Below, piece by piece: positions 12,267-23,209 of a stretch of DNA of 64,000 bases. Source of the stretch: Mobula hypostoma (lineage: Eukaryota); the NCBI RefSeq assembly GCF_963921235.1, contig NC_086108.1, positions 94,242,001-94,306,000 of the forward strand, in the 5' to 3' direction. The translations under genes were made by a program, and so were the position numbers. The notes under the pieces are model-generated. The model was not told where the DNA came from. It saw nothing but the letters and a program-made list of their open reading frames with translations, and made no database searches. Position 1 is the stretch's first letter; the number at the start of each line of letters is the position of its first letter.

Positions 12267-12837
12267 TGTAGTGTTCTTGTGCAGTGTGTTGAAACTCTGA
12301 CTAAACACCAAGTTAAACCGGAGCCAATGAAGACAGAGTCGTAGTAGGGTTAACCATTCACTGTTCACTCTTCCACATTAACATCGTATGGTGAAAACTG
12401 TTTATATAAAAAAATACAAACATATACAGCGTCTGTTTCATTCTGGAGACCTTTTAGCGAGTGTCTCCAGCCGCCCCGAGGAGCGGGTGAGGGGGTCACG
12501 TCAAACCGCCATCGGGCCCGAGCCCACCCCGCCCTTGAAAAGCCGGCACGCGCGCCAACCCAACCGCCGCCTCCTTAACAGAAACCGCGTTAATATTTTT
12601 ACTACAAATACATTCATAGGAACTTACGGCGTTGCTTCTGTGATGTTTCTTTGTGGGTAGACACGGAGCTCTTCACAATCACGCCGCTCGCACGGCACCC
12701 ACCTTCACACCTTGCCGAACCCAGACGCGGCGAGACCGGAAGTGACGTCATCACACGCCGCGCTATACCATAGACAATGAATTTACCTTTGTTATACTGT
12801 AACTTAATTATCAGCCTTTAACTGGAACATAGTTACA
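12267..12837 (-). mobile_element. CpG-rich solo-LTR-like element (BEL/Gypsy-like) with promoter motif and internal intron
   Basis: TG...CA termini possible at 12267/12837 or 12287/12829. Abrupt CpG enrichment. Minus-strand GTAAGT donor at 12627 and T-rich...AG acceptor at 12398. No clean TSD. Confidence 0.5.
12736..12750. promoter_or_regulatory. Overlapping ETS-CRE composite motif CCGGAAGTGACGTCA
   Basis: Exact ETS core CCGGAAGT overlapping the palindromic CRE TGACGTCA, inside CpG-rich DNA. Confidence 0.6.
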
Positions 12838-13139
12838 AATCATTTAAAGCGTAGACCCAACCAAGTCAAATAAATACCTTGAGGGCAACACAATGAGCAA
12901 TACTGACACACTGCACCTATCTCTACTAGACCTCTGCTTATTCCACCCTGAAACATCATTGCTCTCGCCCCTACCCCTTTTTCGCTGTTTCAGATTTAGG
13001 CTGCCTTCAGAAATCTGAGTTGATCCAAATTTGTTTGTCATAGGAGACAAAAGGATCATGATAAAAGGGTGTTTTTTTTTCTGGGAGATCAAAAAAATTG
13101 CTGGGACCTCTGTTGTTACATGCTGAGCAATTTTCAGAT

Positions 13140-13755
13140 GACACAAAAAAAATGAGCTGTAGATAGTAAAGAAGGTCAACAGAGGATATAGCGGAAGTAG
13201 ATCAACTGGAAATTTGGACAGAAAAATAATCTGGACAAATGTGTGGTAATGCATTTTTGGGAATTCAAATGCAAGAGGAAGGTATAGAGTTAATGCATGA
13301 CTTTTAAGAGCATTGATATACAGATGGATCTTGGGTTGAAAGTCACATCTCCTTGAACATAGCAATGCAGAGTCAAATAGGGTGAAAAAGGTAGTGCATG
13401 GCATGCTTCCCTTCATTAATCAGAGTACTGTACCATGTATGGAAGCTGGGAAGTAATTTTGCAGCTAGGTTGGGCCACATTTAGAGTGATGTGTACTATT
13501 CTGGTCACTGCACTTTTGGAAGGATATGAAGGTTTTGGAGAGGAGCAGAAGAGATTCACCAGGATGTGCCTTGATTGGAGAGTATTAGCTATAAGGAGAA
13601 GTTAGACAATTATAGGAGGCTGAGAAGAAACCTGATAGAATTATATAAAATAATGAGAGGCATAGATCAGGTAGATAGCCCTACTGAATAAAGGTCGGCA
13701 CAACACTGTGGGCTGAAGGGCCTGTACTGTGCTGTACTATTCCGTGTTCTATGAA
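13140..13755 (+). mobile_element. Old CR1 LINE fragment
   Basis: Degenerate FSDDT..., DKCVVMHF and GPHLE*CVLFWS motifs and a ...gtgttctatg tail. Confidence 0.65.
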
Positions 13756-13772
13756 TAGATATGTCAAATATT

Positions 13773-16690
13773 ACATAGAAACATAGAAAATAGGTGCAGG
13801 AGTAGGCCATTCGGCCCTTCGAGCCTGCACCGCCATTTATTATGATCATGGCTGATCCTCCAACTCAGAACCCCGCCCCAGCCTTCCCTCCATACCCCCT
13901 GACCCCCGTAGCCACAACGGCCATATCTAACTCCCTCTTAAATATAGCCAATGAACTGGCCTCAACTGTTTCCTGTGGCAGAGAATTCCACAGATTCACC
14001 ACTCTCTGTGTGAAGAAGTTTTTCCTAATCTCCGTCCTAAAAGGCTTCCCCTCTATCCTCAAACTGTGGCCCCTCGTTCTGGACTTCCCCAACATCGGGA
14101 ACAATCTTCCTGCATCTAGCCTGTCCAATCCCTTTAGGATCTTATACATTTCAATCAGATCCCCCCCTCAATCTTCTAAATTCCAACGAGTACAAGCCCA
14201 GTTCATCCAGTCTTTCTTCATATGAAAGTCCTGCCATCCCAGGAATCAATCTGGTGAACCTTCTTTGTACTCCCTCTATGGCAAGGATGTCTTTCCTCAG
14301 ATTAGGGGACCAAAACTGCACACAATACTCCAGGTGTGGTCTCACCAAGGCCTTGTACAACTGCAATAGTACCTCCCTGCTCCTGTACTCGAATCCTCTT
14401 GCTATAAATGCCAGCATACCATTCGCCTTTTTCACAGCCTGCTGTACCTGCATGCCCACTTTCAATGACTGGTGTATAATGACACCCAGGTCTCGTTGCA
14501 CCTCCCCTTTTCCTAATTGGCCACCATTCAGATAATAATCTGTTTTCCTATTTTTGCCACCAAAGTGGATAACTTCACATTTATCCACATTAAATTGCAT
14601 CTGCCATGAATTTGCCCACTCACCCAACCTATCCAAGTCACCCTGCATCCTCTTAGCATCCTCCTCACAGCCAACACTGCCACCCAGCTTCGTGTCATCC
14701 GCAAACTTGGAGATGCTGCATTTAATTCCCTCATCCAAGTCATTAATATATATTGTAAACAACTGGGGTCCCAGCACTGAGCCTTGCGGTACCCCACTAG
14801 TCACCGCCTGCCATTCTGAAAAGGTCCCGTTTATTCCCACTCTTTGCTTCGTCTGCTAACCAATTCTCCACCCACACCAATACCTTACCCCCAATACTGT
14901 GTGCTTTAAGTTTGCACACTAATCTCCTGTGTGGGACGTTGTCAAAAGCCTTTTGAAAATCCAAATATACCACATCCACTGGTTCTCCCCTATCCACTCT
15001 ACTAGTTACATCCTCAAAAAATTCTATGAGATTCGTCAGACATGATTTTCCTTTCACAAATCCATGCTGACTTTGTCCGATCATTTCACCGCTTTCCAAA
15101 TGTGCTGTTATCACATCCTTGATAACTGACTCCAGCAGTTTCCCCACCACCGACGTTAGGCTAACCGGTCTATAATTCCCCGGTTTCTCTCTCCCTCCTT
15201 TTTTAAAAAGTGGAGTTACATTAGCCACCCTCCAATCCTCAGGAACTAGTCCAGAATCTAACGAGTTTTGAAAAATTATCACTAATGCATCCACTATTTC
15301 TTGGGCTACTTCCTTAAGTACTCTAGGATGCAGACCATCTGGCCCTGGGGATTTATCTGCCTTCAATCCCTTCAATTTACCCAACACCACTTCCCTACTA
15401 ACATGTATTTCGCTCAGTTCCTCCATCCCACTGGACCCTCTGTCCCCTACTATTTCTGGAAGATTATTTATGTCCTCCTTAGTGAAGACAGAACCAAAGT
15501 AATTACTCAATTGGTCTGCCATGTCCTTGCTCCCCATAATCAATTCACCTGCTTCTGTCTGTAGGGGACCTACATTTGTCTTTACCAGTCTTTTCCTTTT
15601 TACATATCTATAAAAGCTTTTACAGTCCGTTTTTATGTTCCCTGCCAGTTTTCTCTCATAATCTTTATTCCCCTTCCTAATTAAGCCCTTTGTCCTCCTC
15701 TGCTGAACTCTGAATTTCTCCCAGTCCTCAGGTGAGCCACTTTCTCTGGCTAATTTGTATGCTTCTTCTATTGGAATTGATACTATCCCTAATTTCTCTT
15801 GTCAGCCACGGGTGCACTACCTTCCTTGATTTATTCTTTTGCCAAACTGGGATGAACAATTGTTGTAGTTCATCCATGCAACCTTTAAATGCTTGCCATT
15901 GCATATCCACCGTCAATCCTTTGTCATTTACCAGTTTATCTTAGCTAATTCATGTCTCATACCTTCAAAGTTACCCCTCTTTAAGTTCAGAACCTTTGTT
16001 TCTGAATTAACTATGTCACTCTCCATATTAATGAAGAATTCCACCATATTATGGTCACTCTTACCCAAGGGGCCTCTCACGACAAGATCGCTAATTAACC
16101 CTTCCTCATTGCTCAAAACCCAGTCTAGAATAGCCTGCTCTCTAGTTGGTTCCTCGACATGTTGGTTCAAAAAACCATCCCGCATACATTCCAAGAAATC
16201 CTCTTCCTCAGCACCTTTACCAATTTGGTTCACCCAGTCTACATGTAGATTGAAGTCACCCATTATAACTGCTGTTCCTTTATTGCACACATTTCTAATT
16301 TCCTGTTTAATACCATCTCCAACCTCACTACTACTGTTAGGTGGCCTGTACACAACTCCCACCAGCGTCTTCTGCCCCTTAGTGTTACGCAGCTCTACCC
16401 ATATCGATTCCACATCTTCCCGGCTTATGTCCTTCCTTTCTATTGCGTTAATCTCTCCTTTAACCAGCAACGCCACCCCACCTCCCCTTCCTTCATGTCT
16501 ATCCCTCCTGAATATTGAATATCCCTGAACGTTGAGCTCCCATCCCTGGTCACCCTGGAGCCACGTCTCTGTGATCCCAACTATATCATAATCATTAATA
16601 ACAATCTGCACTTTCAATTCATCCACCTTATTACGAATGCTCCTTGCATTGACACATAAAGCCTTCAGGCACTCTTTTACAACTCTCTTA
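13773..16690 (-). mobile_element. CR1 LINE, near-complete ORF2 (APE endonuclease plus RT), frameshifted
   Basis: ORFs 15928-16812 (NARSIRNK, GITETWL, MGDFN, SDHN), 14797-15543 (KSPGPDG, NYRPVSLTS, YLDFQKAFD), 14151-14840 (GVPQGSVLGP, KFADDTK) and 13865-14149. (TTTCTATG)n 3' tail. Confidence 0.96.
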
Positions 16691-17527
16691 GCCGTTACAA
16701 GACATAGCTTTGAGTTTGGGGATAGAGGAAAGCTTAAAGGTTGGTCAGCTTTTCTTTCTTTTTTTAAAAACATGGTAGTACATGCCTTGAACCTACAGAG
16801 AGGCAGATACAATGACAGAGGCCAAGAGATAGTTTAACCTTCGCTATTGTAGATGAACAAGCAGGGAATTACGTGCTGAGATGAGTATGGATTGTCATCA
16901 TGGTTAGTGGTAAGAGGTCTGCTCCTGTGCGGTGCAGTTCTATGTTTAAGAATAGTGATAAGGATTCCTGACAAGGATGTTACATTTCTTCAAGACTTTT
17001 AATGTTCTTGAAATGATTTGTTTCTTGGAAATCTCTTATTACATCAGAGCTCCAACTATAGTGCTTATTTTAGGATGCTGGATGATCTTGCTTGTCCTCT
17101 GAGTTGGTTAAATATCATCACAACTTCGATGCTACAGTGTTAGTTTGAGTGAGGACACTGACATTGCTTTATTTAAAATACCAATGGATTTTGTGGAGAC
17201 AACATTCATATGTTCTTTCAGTGCTTTGAGGTGCACTGCCATAGGTAATCAATATTTCCAATACATAGAGGGAGATGGGATCTCTCTGGACCAAGAAACA
17301 TAGGGTGATTAGTGATTTTGGCTTTCACTGAGCAGGGCATGGGTCAGTTAAAATAAACTGGCTATTGCCTATTGCTAGGATAAAAAGGATTCCCAAAGCT
17401 TTATTAACATATTGTGCACACAACCTGAATCAGACACCTATTTTAATCTGTGTTCTGCTTTATAGGTCGGATCCATGTACATAGGGAAGATAAAGTTCGT
17501 AAGCAAAAGCTGGGAATATGTGGAAAT

Positions 17528-18690
17528 AGAATCATCACTGGCATACATCATAAAATTCATTGTTTTGCAACAGCAGTACATTGCAATACATAGTAATAAA
17601 AACTATAAATTACAATATAAATATACATATTAACAAATACATTTGTATATAAATGTAGAAAATTAAGTAGTATAAAAAGAGGAAAAATACTGAGGGTTCA
17701 TTGTCACTCGGAAATTTGATGGCAGAGAGGAAGAAGCTGTTCCTGAAATGTCTCTGTTCAGGCTCTTGTATCTCCTCCTTGATGATAGCGATGAGAAGAG
17801 GGCTGAGTGAAGGGGGTCCTTAATGATGGATGCCACCTTTTTGAAGGTGTCTTGGATGCTGGGGAGGCTCGTGCCCATCATAGGGTTGGCCAGGTTAACA
17901 ATTACCTGCAGCTTTTTCCAATGTTGTGCAGTGACCCTCCATATCAGATGGTGATGTTAGCAGTCAGAATGCTTTCACAGCACATCTGTAGACATTTCTG
18001 AGCATCTTCAGTGACAGACCGAATCTCTTCAAACTCCTAATGAACTATAGCCATGTTATGCCTTCTTTGTAATTGCATCAATATGTTGGGCCCAGGATAA
18101 ATCCTCAAATATTGACACCCAGGTATTTAATCTGCTCATCATTGCTGACCCCTTGATGTTGACTAGAGTGCGTTCCCTCGATATCTCCTTCCTGAAGTCC
18201 ACAATCAATTCCTTGGTCTTACTGATGTTGAGTGCAAGGTTGTTACAACACCACCACTCAATCAGTTGATCTATCTTGCCCCTGTACACCACCTCATCAC
18301 CATCTGAAATTCTGCTCGCAATGGTTGTGTCATCAGAAAATTTATAGATGGCATTTGAGCTGTGCCTAGCAACATAATCATGGGTGTAGAGGGAGTAGAG
18401 TAGTGGGCTAAGCATACAACCTTGAGGTGCGCCAGTATTGACTGTCAGCGAGGAGATGTTATTTCCAATCTGCAAACACTGGTCTCCTGGTGAGGAAGTC
18501 AAGGATCCAGTTGCAGAGGGAGATACAGAGGCCCAGGTTTTGGATCTTTTTGATTAGCACTGAGGGTATGATTATGTTGAATGCTGAGATGTAATCAATA
18601 AACAGAAGCCTGATGTAGCTATTACTATTGTTCAGGTGATCCTAGGATGAGTGGAGAGCCAGTGAGATTGCATCTGGCGTAGACTTACTG
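17528..18690 (-). mobile_element. Rex1/Babar-type LINE fragment (RT)
   Basis: ORF 18056-18502: NTGAPQGCMLSPLLYSLYTHDYVA...YKFSDDTTI...NNLALNISKTKELIVDFRK. Confidence 0.85.
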
Positions 18691-19040
18691 AACTAAAGAC
18701 AGGTTTAAGCTCCAAGTGTAACTTTGAGGTGACAAAGTCAAATTCAACTTGCAGCAGCAAAAAAAATTTGCTTGTATTCACGTCAATCACAGGGCCACGT
18801 TCTCAATCTGTTTAGCGCCTTATTGCTACAGACCCAAAATTAGACATCACCGCCTGAGTTATTTTTATGTTTATGAATTCTAATTTACCATCCAGAAGAA
18901 AACTGCAGAGACAGCCCAGAAAAGCACGGTACAGTGTAATTCGTTACAAGTATTATAGCAACTACCTTATCAATAAGTTTCAGAAATAAGGTGATACCAG
19001 TTAAGAATCTAGAGAACATACAGCTAGAAACTAGATGCTC

Positions 19041-19146
19041 TTTCTTTCTTTTCGGTAGGACTATATATGGGGGGGGGGGAGGGTGGGTAGATTTTATCTT
19101 TTCATGTATTCTTTTTGAAAATTTAATAAAAATTATATTAAAAAAA
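19041..19146 (+). mobile_element. Short poly(A) retroposon 3' end (L1-like) flanked by a long direct repeat
   Basis: G-run, AATAAA and A-tail, flanked by a 33-bp perfect direct repeat (19003-19035, 19147-19179). Confidence 0.7.
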
Positions 19147-19329
19147 AAGAATCTAGAGAACATACAGCTAGAAACTAGAAGCTCAAAACAGCTCAAATAT
19201 TGAGATAAAGTAAAGCCACCCTGGAGGCAACAGGTTTTAAATATAAAACATTTTACACGCATATTGAAACATAGTGAAATAGGTTGTTTGATGTCACCCG
19301 CCAGCTCAGCCCAAAAGCTGTGTTGGGCA

Positions 19330-19540
19330 GTCCACAAGTGTCACCATGTTTCTGGCATCAACATAGCATGCCCACAACTCACTAACCCTAACCGTACGTC
19401 TTTGGAATGTGGGAGGAAACCAAAACATCTAGAGGAAACCCATACAGTCATGGGAGAACGTACAACCTCCTCATAGACGGTGGTAGAAGTCAAACTCTGA
19501 TCGATTATCACTGGCACTGAAAAGCAAAGTGCTAAATCTG
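19330..19540 (-). mobile_element. tRNA-derived V-SINE (HE1-like), decayed
   Basis: Minus strand reads gtacgttctcccatgactgtatgggtttcctctagatgttttggtttcctcccacattccaaagacgtac, the V-SINE central domain pattern. Confidence 0.7.
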
Positions 19541-19829
19541 TATAATTTTGTAATATATAGTGTTTCAAAACAAGTTCAACTAAAGCAGCTGGAATGAAAC
19601 AAACCTGGCCACCTATGCCATCTTTTTACTATGCCAAAATGAATTCAAAAGCTGTATTTCCTCTCTGTAACTAAGTATTTACAGCTGAGAAAGATACAAT
19701 TTCCCCATAAGAGACACCAGAGTCATGTGCCAACCACTCCAGCAACCCTCACGGGAAAGACATTTCTCCTAATCCTCAGTGACAATTTGATTCTTACAAG
19801 CACAACCATTTCCTTGAAGTGGAGACTAT

Positions 19830-20135
19830 TGTGTTATCATCATCACCCAGGACTTGCCCTCTTCTTATTGTTACCATCAAGCTGAGGTACAGGAGCCTGA
19901 AGACAGACACCCATCATTTCAGGAACGGCTTCTTCTCCACCGCCATCAGACTCTAAACGGACAATGAACCCATGTACACTACTTCAGTATTTTTTTCTTT
20001 TTGCACTACTTACTAAATTTGATTTTTATATATTTCTTATTGTAACTTTTAGGTTTTTTAAAAATTATGTATTGCAATGTATTGCTACAAAACAAATTTC
20101 ATGACATATGCCAGCGATATTAACCGATTCTGAAA
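19830..20135 (+). mobile_element. Rex1/Babar-type LINE 3' end
   Basis: catcacccagga...aggtacaggagcctgaagac...ttcaggaacggcttcttc and tail gatattaaccgattctga. Same family as 17528-17880 and 49280-49632. Confidence 0.6.
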
Positions 20136-20559
20136 TTAAAGAGTAAATATCTGAGGCAAAAGAATTATCCTGAGCAGAGCAAGGAAAGCAACGCTGTACT
20201 GTTTTAGTGAAGAGATGGCATGAACATAATGGGCCACCTGCACAGGAATCAGCTGCAACTAGAGAAGAGGAAATGTTACCACTGTAAGTGTAGCAAGTCC
20301 ATGGTTTGACACTTGCCAGGGTGAGAGTGGGTCAGTCAAATAAGTACAGAACCCTGTGATAGTGAAGAGTTTAGGATGTACAAGATAGATTGTGTCATTG
20401 GTTTCAAGTCTTTTGACAACCATGTACAGACCACTGGACTGTGTATCAACATCAAAGCTTAAATTTAAACAAGTTTATTTCTCAGATGAAGCTGTTAGAT
20501 TTCATTAGCTGAAACCACATGAAAACTGAAGTAAACTGCTGCCTTGGTGGGAGCCATTC

Positions 20560-20780
20560 TTAGGTGGCCATTAGAATAAAGGATGATTCAATTCTACTTT
20601 AGTTCTCTGAGACCTGACGTGGCTGATGAGGTCAATGTGGGATCTGTAGATTCTACCACAGATGGGCCAAGAGACATTTGACAGGGGAGGTAAGTGGGTA
20701 GTTTGTGAGGCAGTACATGCCTTTCATGCTATCACTGGGTTTCCATGTCCTACTGATCCATGAACTTGAGGTGATCAGTG
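20560..20780 (-). mobile_element. Old RTE (BovB-like) 3' fragment
   Basis: Minus strand encodes PICGRIYRSHIDLISHVRS, resembling the C-terminal C2H2-like motif of RTE ORFs. Confidence 0.5.
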
Positions 20781-22272
20781 GTCATTCTAAAAGCTCCTAC
20801 AACACATTCAGCATTTAGGGTCCAGGGCTTCAAAAGGAGCCAGTGGGAATGAGCCAAATGGCCTAATTCTGCTCCTGTTTTACATTTAAGGCAGAAGTTG
20901 ATAGTTTTCTAACCAGTCAGGATATGGCAAGAAGGCTGGTGTATGGGGTTGAGTAGGATCCGGGATCAACCATGATGGAATGGTGCAGCAGACTCGATGG
21001 GGTGATGGCCTAATTCTGCTCCCATGTCTTATGGTCCTATGGAATTTTTTTTATAAAAAGGATTCTTTGACAACATTCTTGAATTATTTCCTAATCTATT
21101 TGGCAATCTTTTTCAGAGATGCAGCTCAGATTAAAGGAGTTTCAGGAGTCTGGGGTCAAGCATTCCAATTGAGGCCAACTGAATGCAATTAGGGCCTCAA
21201 TTAGCCAGTAAATAGGAATTGAGAATTGGCCTGTGAATTTCTGGTCTGCAAAGCATCCTTCACCATAAATCCATCAGGGGGAGCTCTTTATGCATCTTCT
21301 CAAAAGCGCTCACACGCTGGGAAAAATTTAGACATTTAGGCAGCTAAAAATGGGAACTCTCCAGTCCGTAGAATTTTTTTTACTATTACCATTTATAAGA
21401 ACAATAACCTTAACTATAAACGTGAATCTACATTGATATAATAACAATTGTGTTGCAATGAATGGCTGTGTTGCATACTCAGTTCAAGGTGAATGGTCCA
21501 ACCACAAGTTTGTCACAAAAGCTCCGGACTACATTATCGTACAACTAACTTTGTGCCATTTTAGAAATAGATTTTGTCAGGCACCAAGTATATATTGATT
21601 GACTAATAGCATGTAGCAGTGCCATTTCAAGATATCCGCCAGCCCCACAATCCATCTGTTTTCCCAAACCACCATGCATGTGATATTCTTTTGCAAGCAT
21701 GCATTGCTAATATGAAATTACCCACCGGTGACTGCCACACTTATTCATATACAATTATTTCTTAAAGTGGCCACTGAGTGTATATAGTACTATTTATTTT
21801 ATATTTGTACAATTTGTTTTTTTGCACATTGGTAGTTTGTCTGTCTTTATTTACAGATTTTAATAACTTATATTGTTTTTTTTATTTTCCTGTACAGATC
21901 TGCAGGAAAATGAATCTTAAGGTAGCATATGGTACCAGATATGTACTTGTCAATAAATTTACTTTGTCTGGGTTCGTTAGATAAAGGATACCCCTTCTGT
22001 ATTTTTCATCAAATACTCTCAAGGGACCACATACAGCCACCTGAACTAGCAGTCACATCCCACGTTACAGCACCAACTCTCACACAAGAAATACTAGTCT
22101 AGAACACCTGCTAAATCTCTTAAATTGGAATGGATCTCACAATCCTCCAACTCCAGAGCAGTGGCTAAAACCCAATTATTCTTCCGTATTCCCAAAAGCC
22201 AAGTTTTTTGTTGAATTGATAAAGCCTTCGCAAATTGCCATTCATCTGTGAATTAGACAAACAATTTTAAGG

Positions 22273-22964
22273 CACACACAAAATGCTGGAGGACCTCAGC
22301 AGGCCAGGCAGCATCTGTGGAAAAAAGTGCAGTCGATGTTTCAGGCTAAGAGCCTTTGGCAGGACTGGAGAAAAAAAGATGAATAGATTTAAAAGTGGGG
22401 GGGAGGGGAGAGAGAAAAAATAAGGTGATAGATGAAATTGGGAGGGGGATGGATGAAGTAAAGAGCTGGGAAGTTGATTGATGAAAAAGAAACCGGGCTG
22501 GGGAAGGGACAGAAGGCCATGGAAGAAAGGGGGAGGAGCACCAGAGGGAGGCGATGGGTAGGCAAGGAGACAAGAGAGAAAAGGGAATGGGGAATGGAGA
22601 AGTAGGGGGCGCATCAATGTAAGTTTGAGAAATTTGTGTTTATGCCATTAGATTGGAGGCTATCCAGACAGAATACAAGGTGTTGTTCCTCCAACCCAAG
22701 TGTGGCCTCATCGCAACAGTAGAGGAGGCCATGGATTGACATATTGGAATGGGAATGGGAAGTGGAATTAAAATGGATGGCCACTGGGAGATCCTGCTTC
22801 TTCTGGCAGACGGAGCGTAGGTACATTAATTGACCTGCTGGAGGGTTTCGGCTTGAAACGTCAACTGTACTTTTTTTCTATAGATGCTGTTTGGCCTGCT
22901 GAGTTCCTCCAGTATTTTGTACGTGTTGTTTGGATTTCCAACATCAGATTTTCTCTTGTTTGTG
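22273..22964 (-). mobile_element. Penelope-like element: GIY-YIG C-terminus flanked by inverted pseudo-LTR copies
   Basis: ORF 22614-22826 YLRSVCQKKQDLPVAIHFNSTSHSHSNMSIHGLLYCCDEATLGLEEQHLVFCLDSLQSNGINTNFSN. 22273-22366 is an inverted copy of about 22833-22925. Confidence 0.85.
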
Positions 22965-23209
22965 AACCAATTTTAAGGGCATCCTGACCAAGTCAGACCT
23001 TATACAGTATTTAGTTCACAATTTAAATATAAAAATTAGTGTATCCAAACAGATTACTAGCACAAACTTGCTTAAAGAACATAAAAAGCCACAATCAAAC
23101 TTGACATAAACACAGTGACTGCTGTTAAGAATATTTCCAGTATTATCAAAACTGATTTAATTTCAAAAAGGAAACAGAAACAATTAATATCAGGTACTTA
23201 AATATGACA

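Noticed and set aside
12388..12660. 90-aa ORF in the CpG-rich element
   Set aside because: Explained by GC richness, with no homology or splice context.
12844..13416. 190-aa ORF
   Set aside because: Partly the antisense of a decayed CR1, with no domain or splice support.
15893..16528. 211-aa plus-strand ORF and similar ORFs opposite CR1 copies
   Set aside because: Antisense shadows of CR1 ORF2.
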